64,000 bases of DNA, taken from Takakia lepidozioides. Taxonomy: Eukaryota > Plantae > Bryophyta. Below are positions 37,301-49,810 of this stretch, piece by piece. The notes under the pieces were generated by a model that was given only the letters and a program-made list of their open reading frames with translations, was not told the DNA's origin and did not search any database. Position numbers and translations under genes: made by a program. Position 1 is the first letter of the stretch. Every line of letters starts with the position of its first letter. The stretch spans positions 7,936,001-8,000,000 of the forward strand of contig CM060731.1 of assembly GCA_030704615.1 (NCBI GenBank). Direction: 5' to 3'.

Positions 37301-38010
37301 GGAACTTGCAGCGGCTGAATGTCTGCCGAAAGAGGAAGAGGCATCCTCGGAGGATGAGGAAAAATCCGAGAAGGAGCAGGGGGAGGAAGTTGGATCGAGG
37401 CCGAGGAGCCCCCGGTTTACGAGTGAGTGGTGGCATTGTAAGTTGCCTCCAGATTTTGTGAGGCACCTCCCTCCGCTCTCTTATTTCATTGAAAACCCTT
37501 TCTGGTTGTGCTGGTATTGACATTCTTCAAGTGGATTTGTTCTTACTGTAGGATGCCAAGTACTGCCGGAGGGACGTCTACACCGGAGTTCATGGGCAGG
37601 AGGAACGTGCCTTTTTTTGCCAGGGGGATTTCATGCCTAGTCCTGAAAGGGAGTACATCCTTCCTACTTATGCTGCCCTGCGGCTTGCTTCGGTGTCCAT
37701 TAGGAGGTGTTCCGAACGTAGTCGTGTACAGCAGATTTTAGACGAGGCAAGCCTCAAGAAAATGAAGATGAGGGGAGGCAACAGCTATTAGAGCCCGTCG
37801 GGCTCGTAGATTTGTGTTGGATTCTGCTGAGGAAAGTGGGGGAGAAGACGCAAAGATTCCCAGGAGGTGAGGTGGACAGTCCCCCAAGGAGAGGACGGGA
37901 TTTTTGAGAGGCATAGTGGAACTGATGCATCACAGAGCTCGGAGGATGAGGGGGATGAGGGGGATGAGGAAGAAGGTGGGGCAAGTTCCTCGGAGGGTGT
38001 AGGAGAGTAG
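31382..38010 (+). pseudogene. MULE cargo gene: ParB/Srx-like domain, helical region, beta-class N6/N4 DNA methyltransferase-like domain and acidic tail (about 10 exons; frameshifted in this copy)
   Basis: Frame-consistent introns at 31559-31904 (GC-AG), 33353-33470, 33661-33763, 34052-34136, 34263-34357, 34573-35651, 36785-36872 and 37138-37222. Motifs FYVWDGNHRLLAW; LILLDIPDG; MLLDDGGCVVV; RSPAFIQTLMETCSDVQGRILDLTCGTGASMWAGTLSDRHVFAFEPD. Confidence 0.8.
34640..35625. repeat. Intronic minisatellite, about ten 95-96 bp units, each with two hairpin-forming palindromes
   Basis: Each unit contains AACTGGAAATTCGGCGCCRTTTTCCAGTT and AGGGACTTAGCCATTTTCGGCTAAGTCCCT. Confidence 0.92.
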
Positions 38011-38171
38011 TGCCCATTCCGGCTATGACAGTTAGAACACACTTATATAGACGTGGCTTGCCACAAAATTTGCAATAAAATGTTGCATTTCAAGTCCACT
38101 GGTGCCACATTCCAACTTCACATGACCCTATTTCCGTGCCTCCTAACCCTATTTCCGTGGACTCACAATGG

Positions 38172-38231
38172 TCTGCTCATGCTTTTTTTTTTTCCGCTCA
38201 TGCTCATGCCGCTCATGAAATAGCAGCCCCC
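38172..38231 (-). repeat. Right TIR of MULE copy 1
   Basis: Inverted match to the left TIR; followed by the TSD. Confidence 0.9.
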
Positions 38232-38239
38232 CAAGAAGT

Positions 38240-40146
38240 GAACGTACTACATACAGAGTTGGAGGCAGTACACAGGGATGACCATACAATGTGCTACACT
38301 AACAACTGCATTAGAAGTTAACAGACAAGGGGAGAGATGTATGATGGCAAAAGCTGAGATAATAGAGCAAGGGAAACTCATTGTTGATTTGCAGGCTACA
38401 ATCTGTCGCAATGAGAATACTTTCCAACAGTACAGACAAGTTGAGGCTGACAAGGAGAGGTATATCCTGGAGTTGCAACTAACAGTCATGGTCAATAGAA
38501 ATGAACTCTCTATGGCTAATAAGGCTTGGAAGGAAGCCAATAATCTGGCTACTGCGCCCTATGCGGGCCTTATTGAACCTCATGCAAAGCGCATGGAGGC
38601 TTTACAGCAGTAGTTAGATGTGTACAGACTCACGGAGGAGCAGACTCTCAGGGGTGTCACCCAGGACTTGGTGGATAACCACCTTATGCAGGTATGGTTA
38701 GCACAAGGGCCGGTAGAAGGCAAAGCACCAATGAAGCTCACCCAGGGCGAGATGAATGAGCTCAGATTGCAGGTGCAGAACATTGCCACAACTACTATAG
38801 ACAATGTCTATAGTAGAACAATGGAGCTACAGGAGGATGTGGAAGGCCTGCAGACTCAAGTGGATGACCTGAGTTCAAATATTGACAAGAGAGTCTTTGT
38901 TCCTGAGGAGCAGCTGATGGCTACTTATTTACATGCCAAGACTCTAATTTTTCAGTCTTCTTCGTAGGGGGTGCAGGAGATGTCAGTGGTAGAAGGGCCA
39001 GTGGTACCAATACTACAGCAAAACCACAGCCTGAGGTATGGGGGGATGCTGCTTTTAACCCACCTAGGACTCCTGCTACATGGGAGTACAGTCGGGCTAT
39101 GATTATGCCTTTCAACCAAATTCCCATTGTGTTGGATTTGGCTTGGAAGGAATTTAGTCCTCCGCAGTCGTTGGCACATTACTACCAGATCATGCGCATT
39201 TGGTTGCCAGTGGCAACTCGGACTAAGGTTCTTCCGAACAATCGACCCATTGAGGATCATCACTTTGCAAGGTACTAGTCTGAGGCAGGTACCATGCTGA
39301 AGGAATTAATTGCCTTCCAGGTTGTACATGGGTACATCTATACCAAGACCAAGGAGGTATCTAGTATTGTCATGGGCTGTGGATTATACTATGCTGCTTG
39401 TTTTATGGCACGTTATCACATTGAGCAGCAGAAGATGCAATCACAATTTCTGAGTTATTCCAGTGGGGATCATTGGGTCTTACCTTCAGTGCCACCTCAT
39501 ATGTACCTGTATGATGCAAAAGTTATGATGCAGAAGGATTCCCAACTTCGTTCATGGTTTAATTCGGCTTGGAACAATTTGGCAACAGAGAAATTCGGCC
39601 CTGATGATATTTTCTTTAAGGGACACGAAGCCTGGAAATACTTACCTGTTCCAAAGTCATTGGCACACCTCTCACCTATACGGCTAAGGAGTTCAGGGCG
39701 TTCACTAATTTTGCTTGCAAGCGCTTACAGAAAGTCGTACGGTTTAAACTTCCAGACATGGTAGGCCCACATTGTATGCCACGCAGGATTCCTGAGAAGC
39801 CACCTTAAGTTCGGCCGTTAAAACACCCAAGGGGGGACGAGGATTCTGATACTACTGGTTCTTCAGAGGACTCTTTTGACATGGCAGAGGACTATGCACT
39901 TTAGATGGCAGAGAAGAAACAACGGGGATCTCATATGCCTCAGAGGTTACCTCATTATCAGCCAAAGGAGGGTCAGACATTTCCAGGTAGTGCTCAATCG
40001 CCTCCATCAGCCAGTGACAGGGCTCGGGCTCGCACACGGAGTCCTTCACGAAACTCTCACCGATAGAAGGGTGCTTGCTCACAAAGGTTTGCTGATCCCA
40101 AACAGTAAACCGCGAGGACACGGCTTTTTGAGAGGGGGAGGGGTAA
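38240..40146 (+). pseudogene. Element A, remainder of the 3' extra ORFs and PPT
   Basis: Homologous to 13088-15050 (minus), e.g. MLKELIAFQVVHG; PPT GAGAGGGGGAGGGGTAA directly before the LTR. Confidence 0.88.
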
Positions 40147-41087
40147 TGTTAGAGGGCTGCTTGGGACTTAGACGCTTTTACGGGTTCTGTGGGGTACCCT
40201 TAATTTTTGTGCAGACTTATGAATGGTAGACTGAGACCAACAAAAGCCTTAGGGGTGGCAGGCGCAGGCTTTAGGGGGGGTAGACAGCTTGTCACAGTCT
40301 ATCACAGCCAGACACAGCCCGACACAGCTTTACACAGCCCGTCACAGTCTATCACACCCAGACACAGCTTTACACAGCCCCTCACAATCTATCACAGCCA
40401 GACACAGCAGTCAGAGCCCGACACAGCCTTACACAGCCAGTCACAGCTCGGCACAGCTTGACACACACTAGTAGTGTACATGGGGAACAGTTATCATTGA
40501 CAGGGAACGACATCTGCAGAGAGAACGTGTTACTTCAGGGGTGACGGTTAGTTAGTTAGGTGATTAGAACAGCTTGCGGGTAGATTAGGCAGGGTGGCAA
40601 CAAGAAGGGGATCACTTCTTGATGAGGGCGACTTGTTCAGGAGAGGAGGAGACGTAACGGAGAGCGGAAATAGTGAAGAGGAGATGATGACTTGATTGCG
40701 GCTTAATTCATGCAAACTGTAAAATTATACAGAGGGTAGATTAGGGACACCATGGCATAGGCATGATACATGATTAATCTTAATCTGATACTGAATCGAT
40801 ACAAACATACTGTAGAGAGACGAGAGAGAGAAGCTGTGGAATGAATGCATGATTAATTGGAACTTAGTAGATACTGAAGCAATCTGATGCTTCAGTATAC
40901 ACGGTAAGGTAAATTGATAACATGAAGGCAAGAAGGAATACAAATAGGAAGCACAACCATGATTCACTAGTTGTAGGTCATGACTGATTGTTCTGAGCGG
41001 GCTGAGTGCTTAGAGATATCCAACTCTTCTATCTTGGAGTTTCCACCTCGGATAGCGAAGGGATGGGTGAGTAAAAGCCGCTCGACA
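40147..41087 (+). repeat. 3' LTR of element A
   Basis: TGTTAG...TCGACA; homologous to 7464-8515; the TSD GCTGG follows. Confidence 0.92.
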
Positions 41088-42729
41088 GCTGGCAACTATT
41101 GGATGAATGTAGGAACGAATGATAATGAAAATGCTGAGCTCTGCCTAGGCCCCTTCCACCCAAGAAACCTAATACAACACCAATTCTCTATGAAACTTAT
41201 TGAAACAAGCATAGAACAAGCTATTGAGCTTTCTATGGCATACCCTCTTCTAGCCATCGCATGCACTCATAGTGCTTCCTTCCATGACCATAGTGCACCA
41301 TCTTAGAGCTCCTAATCCCCCTCCTGCTACTTGCTACTTCCATAGACATGCTCTTCCCAAGCTTGGGATTGAAACCCCAACTCAAAGCATGCTCTACAAA
41401 TACACTATTCTGCCCCAAAGAGAAATGAGATGTCTACCTCCACTCATAGCTCTCCTAAGCTTGAAGTTGAAGACTCCCACAAGCTGAAACCATGCTCCAC
41501 ACATGCACCGCTTGCTTTCTTAACACCCGAGCTCTTCTTGAACTCCTCAAACCTTGTAACACTTGCAGAACAAGAGCTTCTTCACAAGCTCTCAAACTTT
41601 TCAATGGGGCTCTCCTTGAAGACCTCCTCTTGTACATAAACACCACAAGGCTTTCTTCTTGCAACCCTGCAACACCTTGTAACCTAAGAGCTATCTATCA
41701 AGCTCTCTTCCACACACAAGTGCTAACTATGCTAACACCTTGCACTCATAGATGTAAGCAGGTCTTCTTCTAGTGATACGGAAATGGTGAAAAGAGGATA
41801 AACCACTCTATCACGTTATATAAGTCAAGCCAATGGCACCTTTGCTAAAGGACTCCACCATACAGACCTCACCCACTCTCCATCTCAAGTACTAGAGCTA
41901 TGGCGGCGAGAGAGGCCTCGGGAGGCTCGACTAGAAGAAGACGAGCCTGCCTACGTCTCACGTGGAGATAACCTCCCCACATCCCAAGTGAGGTTCGCCA
42001 CCTCACTTGGCACATGGAACCAAATGAAGTCCCAATGCCAACAAAATACAAATATAAATGTATAATGTCCTAATTAGTTAGAAATAACTATTTTTAATCA
42101 CAAACAAAACCATAACACATCGTTCTTGTCGCCCATGGCATCCCATGCACACCCACTTGAGTATATGAGCCCACCATGAACAACACAATACCACACTTGT
42201 AAGACAACAAAACAATTGCTCTCATAAAGCCACACACAAGAAGGCAAATCAATTTTGCAAACCTACAGATAATGGAGATACATTTGAACTTGTCTTCAAG
42301 CTAAATGGAGCTGAGCCACTATGATGCTTTTATCATAACCTTCATACCTCTGTATTTTTCTTATGAACCGCTGCCCAAATCGGCAAACTCTGTAGTAATT
42401 TGATACTCCAATTGGAAACAAATGTCCCAGCTCAATCAATTGAGGATCAATTGTGAGGGCAGAACAGGAGGAAGACAAGGAGGGAGTAATGCTACCTGCT
42501 CTGGAAACTTCGGGAAACCTCCACTAAGACCCACAAAAACCTATCTGACTCGTCCACCTTCGTAGGTTGCCAGGTCCTGAAATGCCTATGTGTATCGGCC
42601 CTACGTCTTTCCCGCCCATTCGTGTTTTTCTCTTTACGATGAATGTTATTGGAGAGCCTGGTCGCTGTTTACAACAAGCACTTCACTTGGTTTCTCAGGC
42701 AATCCGCCCCGCCATTATCGTTGGCTGAC

Positions 42730-43609
42730 ATGAAGCCTCCCTCCACCACAATTAAGTTCATTAGCAGTAGCAGAATGGACAAACACTCCAATGCAGTTGG
42801 GGAGGGTGGCCCGTCACTCGCACAGGAGGAGGAGGGCCTGACTGAGTATGAACGCATGCGGAAGCGGAATCTTATCCGAAATGCAGAACGCATGAAAGAG
42901 CTCGGTCTTACCGAGGACACGGATCGGGAGTATCTCTTTCACCTTAAACCCTTATTACATTCTTTCGCTTCGCCTTCCTTTATGCAGATAGTCTTCTTCT
43001 TCAACGTAAGAAGGTCAAATCTGTATGCTTTCTCCTCTTGCTTTTGTGTTTTTTAAGAGTCTTCGTTCATGGGGCGTCAGTCCTGCCAGGGCCTCTTCAG
43101 CTGCAAGTACGAATATGTGAGGGCACAAAATCTACAGTAAAATTGAAGTTGAAACTTTCACTATGACTAGGATAAAACTAACATGTGGCAAAGTATTAGT
43201 GGAGGGGAGCAACATTGCCCTAGTTTTTTTTTTAAACATTCCCCCGCCTTGTAGCGTAGGGCCAAAGGCTGCAGGCACCTTATTTTCTAAGGAGGAGCGT
43301 GCAGGTTGTGTGGGACTGACGTTGCGGAAGGTGTTGTGTAGAGTGAGGCAGAAGCTGGGCCTTCCCCTCCCTGCTGGGCCGCCGCGTGACCTTGCTCTTC
43401 AGAGGCGGAGTGCTCGGATTCAAGAGAGTGCCATGGGAGCACGACGACGTCCTGTGGTGGAGTCTGACGATTCGGAGAAGAGTTTCGATATTGAGGCGGA
43501 TAGATTGTTCCAAGCAGATGAGGCCGACGACTCGGAGGAATCAAGCGCAGAGGCCAAACCCCCATCCCCGAAACGGATGAATGCGTTTTCCACCAAGATG
43601 CCACGATAA
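42730..43609 (+). other. Possible spliced gene fragment with a LTEYERMRKRNLIRNAERMKELGL motif (TE accessory or CDCA7-N-like); truncated by the gap
   Basis: YExxRxxNxxRNxxxxxxLGL motif, then RRSARI and an acidic tract in ORF 43163-43609. Confidence 0.4.
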
Positions 43610-43788
43610 ACCCGATGCTAGTTTTTGCTCTCTCTCCCACTCTGTTTCTTGTGTCCTTATCATTTGCATTCATTTGTTTCATGCCCAAATTCTTGGTTAC
43701 CTGGTCAGTGTTGTCCTGAACGAGAGGGACGAGGGTTACACTAGAAGAAAAATGCGGAATAACCACTAGCCCTTCAACCACTACTGTC

Positions 43789-44288
43789 NNNNNNNNNNNN
43801 NNNNNNNNNNNNNNNNNNNNNNNNNNNNNNNNNNNNNNNNNNNNNNNNNNNNNNNNNNNNNNNNNNNNNNNNNNNNNNNNNNNNNNNNNNNNNNNNNNNN
43901 NNNNNNNNNNNNNNNNNNNNNNNNNNNNNNNNNNNNNNNNNNNNNNNNNNNNNNNNNNNNNNNNNNNNNNNNNNNNNNNNNNNNNNNNNNNNNNNNNNNN
44001 NNNNNNNNNNNNNNNNNNNNNNNNNNNNNNNNNNNNNNNNNNNNNNNNNNNNNNNNNNNNNNNNNNNNNNNNNNNNNNNNNNNNNNNNNNNNNNNNNNNN
44101 NNNNNNNNNNNNNNNNNNNNNNNNNNNNNNNNNNNNNNNNNNNNNNNNNNNNNNNNNNNNNNNNNNNNNNNNNNNNNNNNNNNNNNNNNNNNNNNNNNNN
44201 NNNNNNNNNNNNNNNNNNNNNNNNNNNNNNNNNNNNNNNNNNNNNNNNNNNNNNNNNNNNNNNNNNNNNNNNNNNNNNNNNNNNNNNN
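43789..44288. other. Assembly gap (500 N)
   Basis: Run of N. Confidence 1.
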
Positions 44289-47200
44289 CCGAATTTCCAT
44301 TCATCCACGATTCGAAATTACCTGCAGGATGGAAATTCGGCCGCCGATATCCATATGGCACCGATCAGACTTACCTGACTGGATGGAAATTCGCGTCCCG
44401 AATCTCCATCCATCCGATGATCCACTTACCTGCTGGATGGAAATTCGGCGCCGCATCTCCATCCGGGGGGGGGGATGGTCTCTGTCGGAGAGGTGCCGCC
44501 TCTCCGACGCTTGTTGGAATATTCGGGCCGAATTTCCGTCCCGGGGGTGAATATGATGCAGGTTCCGACCTCTCCCCCCTACGCGACTTCATTGGAACGG
44601 CCCGAATGAAATTCGGCGCCGTTTTCATATCTGTGGAGGTTTTTTATGTCGGCCAGTTTTCGACTCTGACACTGCCGACAACAATTCCTTTGGGGGGGCC
44701 CGGATGGAAATTCGGCGCCGAATGGCGGTCCAGGGGATGTTCTCTGTCGCACACTGGCCGCCTCTGTGCCCCAGGCGACTTCATCCGGGCGTCCCCTGTT
44801 CGATATTCGTTGCCGAATTTCGTCCGGGGGGTTGAAATGTGAAAGCCAACTACTGCAGGCCACTCCCCCCTCCCCGACTGCATCCGAATCTCGCCCCGGA
44901 TGGAAATTCGGCGCCGTTTTTCCATCTGGGGATGTTTTTTATGCCGCCAGTTTTCGGCCTGACCCCCCGACACTACTCCTTTGGGGGACCGGATGGAAAT
45001 TCGGCGCCGGATCTTCCATCCATAAGATGTTCTCTGTCGCACACCTCTCCGGCCTCGTTCGCCCTGATAGGCGACTCATCCGGGCTTCCTCTGTTGGATG
45101 TTTGGTGCCGAATTTCCACTTCGGGGGTAGTAATGTGAACGTCAAACGGTGGCCGGCTATCCCTCAGCCGGCATCATCCGGACGGCCCCCCACTTCTTAC
45201 TGCATACGTTGGCAGTTATTGCGCAAAGACGAGGGGCGCATTCCGGAGACAGGTCATTAACCTCTGACTGTGGATTTTTAGATAGTTGGCTCCCTGATTT
45301 GGATCGGCTTCGTCGCTCGGACAAATCGGCATCGCATTCATTCCCATCGCTGCACCCCTTTACCAGGGAGCTTCCCGCACGCATCCCTGGCAGTCTTGGT
45401 GCACATCTCCCATGGCGGAAAACCGAGCGCTACAGTGTACTGCCCTCCTCACGAGCATAAGAGCTTCATTTCCGTGCAGAGGGGACACCGGCCGGGTGAT
45501 GTGAAATATCTGTGCGTTCGCGATAAACCACTGAAACCGGGGGTCGGTTTTTTTGAGTAGGGAAAGGAAGGACCAAACGCCTTGTTGTCGAGAGTATTGT
45601 TGTGTCTCCACCACGATGATTTCGGCGATGGCAGGGAATGGCGAGTTCCACCATCGGAGCAGCGTCATATACAGGGTTTTGGGGACTTCATTGCCCGCCA
45701 AATGCCCGTCTAATCCTGGCCCTTCCACGAAACAATCCGCGAATCAGAGATGTGTACCTCAAAGAGAGAAGTCCGCACAAAGTTTAATCCATAGCCGACC
45801 CATCCATGAGAGACGACCGAGAACCGGGTTGTTTCACAACCTGTCCGACTCAGACGAGGTCATGGAAGTCCGAGGGTCGTCCTGGAGATCAGGCAAGTCC
45901 TCAATGGAAGTCAGTGGAGGAGGGAGTCATATTCCCAGCCGAGCACCGCAGTTCGATCTATTCTAGAATTCTGCGAGGGCTTTCACCTGGAGGGACACTG
46001 GTCGGAGCTGGCCGGGCTGGATAACAAGCAAGTTCGGCAATTAAATCGGTACATCCTTCCCGCCGACGTCGACGGTAATGTCTTCTTTGAGTTCCCTCCT
46101 CGGCGGACTACTCGAGGGCGTCCGGAATGTTGACAGATATGGATAGAAACATGACGGTCATCCTTGGTGCGTTACCAAACCACCAGGCATGAAGATGCTT
46201 GATGGTGTGGCGGGTGCGCTACGTTTTTGTGCGGGCGCGTTGCGGTGTTTCTCCCCAACTTGCTTCCACTTTAAATCCAGAGGTCACAGGAACGAGAACC
46301 GATTGGACAGGCACAGCTCACCAACCATTTCGAGCTCAGGAGAAGGTTCCGAACTCCACATTTAAGTGTGCGCATTGCAAAGAACCACCACACTGCATGT
46401 CTGTTTGTAATGCCAAGCAGTTCTATGTGGTTGCACCGTTTCCCTGACCTCACCCGAGCTTGCATACACGTTGGTTCCCATTGTCACAAATGGCGAGGGG
46501 GAACTCGCGGGAGTCTGCCCACGAAGCAGAGCAGCTCGTTCAGGAGAGGTTAAGTTGAGACCGGGTGCCCAACCCAAACAGATACAGCTCCAAGCCGCCC
46601 ATAAATGGCAGCATTGGCCAGAATTATGTCGGAAGACCGGCTCGGATAGAGTTCCTCTCGACGAGAAGGAAATGGAGGCATTGCTCGAGTCGGTGTCCAC
46701 GTATGTTCACCTAATGTCCGAAACCACATTGTCTCTTGCAAACAGAAATTGGGCGTGGCCTCGGATAGGCACTCCATTCTGGAGGTGAAGCGACGATGTG
46801 GATATGACTACATTCATGGAAGTAGGTTTCCAGGACAAGGGACTGAGGCAGATCGTTGTTTTCGTATTCAAATGTCCCGTGTGGACCTGGCAGTGGCGTC
46901 GACTGGTCTACAGGATGACGAGTGGGAACTTGTCAAACAGTTTGGGTCATGTTCGACCATATCAAGCGAATTACAAATCACCAGTTGGTGACAATGGGTG
47001 CACATGTCTACGACACCCACTGCAGGATGCTAATTGACAATTGCTATTTGTGGATATGAAAGGAGAGGACCCACAATCGGAGATGCTTCTTTGGCAGGGA
47101 ATAAAAGAACAGATGGCCAAGCGGGATTGCCCCCTCCCAATTTCCGTGGTTTCATGGCGGACAACGCACAAGCAAATTGGGTCTTGCCATCCGAAGGGTG

Positions 47201-49799
47201 TACGGGCAAGACCCAAATGTTCCCATGGAAGGCAAGGAGAGATCTTGTGGGTTCCATTTTCTGCAGAGCCTTTCGCAGTACCAACCAACAGGCTCGTGGC
47301 GCCAGATTTCAGAGAGGAGCAACCGTTCCATGTGCCTTGCGTGGAAGCGCGCTCCCACCTTGGAAATGATGCAGAGACACAGTTTTGCATGCATACGGGC
47401 TTGGTGGACATCGTCAGGTGCTTTAAGGAATCAGACGAAGGAGCATGGTCAGTTGGCTAGCATGGTGGCCTTATCCGTTTCCTCCAGTTCGGCGACTATA
47501 TGCGGGAGGTGAGTTGCACGAATTCGCGTCCCGTGGATATTATTCTTGGCCATATTTGTAACTTGCTTGTAACCTCAACATGTGCTTGTGCAGGAAATGT
47601 GCTTCGACTCCGACACCGACATGCCCACGACAAACATGGCCGAATCAGTGCACTCTTCCTGGCGTGGCTCCTCTGCGGCGCATATGGTGGACATCCTCTT
47701 GCCACAACGGAGTACATTGTGAGGTCAATTATGCTCAATGCAGTACAACGAGTTTCTTTGAAACGGGAAACAGTGGGGCTGGGGCCGGACAGGCAGGAAA
47801 TGCTGATGCGGACTGCTCCAGATCGAAACTCCTCGAAGTGGGCGGCGGCCTTGCGAGAGGGCCTTCGTGAAACGCATTGCTGCGAAGAGGCCAACATTTG
47901 GAGGAGATGTTCATACCCGTCCAGTGAGACGAAGACTTGACGAGGCACCTGGCGGAGAAGATGATTCATGCGAGCTGACAAGAATATTCGCACGCTCCCT
48001 CGTGGTCCGGTGATGTTGTCCGAGGAGGTCTCGTCGAGCACCGGAAGTCCTGCACGTTTCAAGATCGCCATCTCCTTGAGCACAGGGCGCGTGCCCCGGC
48101 AACATAACAGCCATCTGTAGTAAAGCAATACAACATTCCCATTGTGGAGACCAGAGTGTCGGAGTCACAGTGGGAGAATTGCGAGGACATTGCCGGCATT
48201 TCGAGGGAAGTGTTGCGCGCCATCCGGGGGATACGAGAGCACGCTGTGGTGAGATGATTCGGAGGAACCCACACGGTCGTACCTGCACCTTGTTTTCAGC
48301 GGCAGTTTTTGACTCCCACATTTGCTCACGCCACCACGCAGACATTTTGGTTCTGTAGGCACGACATAATGACCTGTGTATTTGGCAAGCCCAAGTACGG
48401 GATTCAGGGAATGCCGGAGCCTCCGGGCGTCTGCATGTTGCATTGCCACCGGGTTGCAGCCTCTCTCAGAATGAGGCGGATGCTCTATCTGCAGCAGGAT
48501 TTTCGAAATGGTGCAACGCACAGACATCCCGGCCCACGCATTTTCCGGTTCCTCAGACCCAGCCAGTGCATACTGCTCGGTCCAGTAGAGACGGATTGTA
48601 CAATTCTGCACATCCCACAATGCGATTCGGAAAGAGTGAAGAGACGACACCCTCCCAACAAGTTGAATGAGACTCGGATTGCCATGCTCTTGGGATGGCT
48701 TGCACTATTCAGAGCTCCGTGGACGTACCCCCACCCGGCCTTGGGCGTGTGTATCGGATGGCAACGGCCGGCTCGGCTGTACGCGACGATGTATACACAA
48801 TTACGATTGGAGTGGAGCCGACTTGCAACTGTACGGACTTCTCGTTGATGGAAAGCAAAGAAGGGTTCGAAGTATTATCCGTGCAAGCATCTGTATTACA
48901 TTTACCTGAAGAGGTTGAGGATGAACGTGACTATTGATGACTTTATTCATGCACCGGCGTTGAGCGTGAACGAGCTGCACAAACTCCTTCTTAGGATTCC
49001 AGAAATCATTGATGGGGCAAACGGAATCCTCCATTATGGATATTTCAAATGCATTTTGCTGTATCAGACTTTTTTTTTGCAGTGTAATGAAATGCCCCCA
49101 AAACTCCTGGAATGAGGCAATATTCCATTTCAAACTGAGATCCAACAGAAGCAGTCTGGGGCCATTTCTGGGAAAAAATGGCGCCGAATTTCTCTTTTTG
49201 GGCCGAAAACCTCGCTAAAGTCCCAACATTGCACTGGTACCTGTGTTTGGGAAAATGGCGCCGAATTTCTCTTTTTGGGGGGGCCGAAAACTGGCTAAGT
49301 CCCAACATGCACTGGTACCGGTGTCTGGAAAAATGGCGCCGAATTTCTCTTTTTTGGGCCGAAAACTGGCTAAGTCCGAACATGCACTGGAAAAATGGCG
49401 CCGAATTACCTGTCATGAGGGGACCTATAGCCGCGGAATTCGGCACCATTTTTCGCCAGAGAGACCTATTGCCGCGAAATACGTCGCCGTTTTTTTCAGG
49501 TTACGGACCCTATTACCGCGAAATTCGGCGCCATATTTGCACATGTCGCTAGGAATTGGAATGAGCGGAAGACAAAATATCATGAGCACAACTGTCAAAA
49601 GTGCAATTTTCCCTTCAAGGGGCCGAATAATATATTTGTTTTTTCTGACACATTGCATTAAATTATTGTTTTTTATTGTTTTTTATTGTTTTTTATTTTC
49701 GAAATTTGTACCTCTGCTCATGAAAACCGATTGTGTTACTATTCTGCTCATGCCGCTCATGCCGCTCATGCCGCTCATGCTCATGAAATAGCAAACCTC
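44289..49799 (-). mobile_element. MULE copy 2, inverted, left half (part of the intergenic array, transposase, left TIR)
   Basis: Reverse complement of ~24502-30000; ends ...ATAGCAAACCTC at 49799. Confidence 0.92.
45412..49012 (+). pseudogene. Transposase of copy 2, with dense 1-bp indels (possibly sequencing error)
   Basis: Fragments of the 25261-28853 protein appear in alternating frames. Confidence 0.85.
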
Positions 49800-49810
49800 T
49801 GGGTGAATGG

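Larger units (their letters stand above)
24502..38231. mobile_element. Mutator-like DNA transposon copy 1, complete (13,730 bp), carrying a transposase and a ParB-MTase-like cargo gene
   Basis: TIRs GAGGTTTGCTATTTCATGAGC... and ...GCTCATGAAATAGCAGCCCCC; 8-bp TSD CAAGAAGT at 24494-24501 and 38232-38239. The retroelement ORF resumes after the TSD. Confidence 0.93.
3229..41087 (+). mobile_element. Ty3/Gypsy LTR retrotransposon A (non-chromoviral, Athila/Tat-like). 5' half inverted; interrupted by a solo LTR, element B and MULE copy 1
   Basis: Two homologous LTRs (7464-8515 on minus, 40147-41087 on plus). The 5-bp TSD matches: CCAGC at 8516-8520 is the reverse complement of GCTGG at 41088-41092. 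PBS, PPT and domain order gag-PR-RT-RH-INT are present. Confidence 0.9.

Noticed and set aside
24502-38231. Classification as hAT, P or KDZ/Zisupton because of the 8-bp TSD and SWIM finger
   Set aside because: The D...D(NAQA)...CxxH...TTNxxESxH signature with a downstream SWIM finger is MULE-type; no hAT dimerisation domain or KDZ CxC pattern was recognised.
41135-42530. Possible decayed retroelement or coding sequence
   Set aside because: No recognisable motif, termini or TSD; left unannotated.
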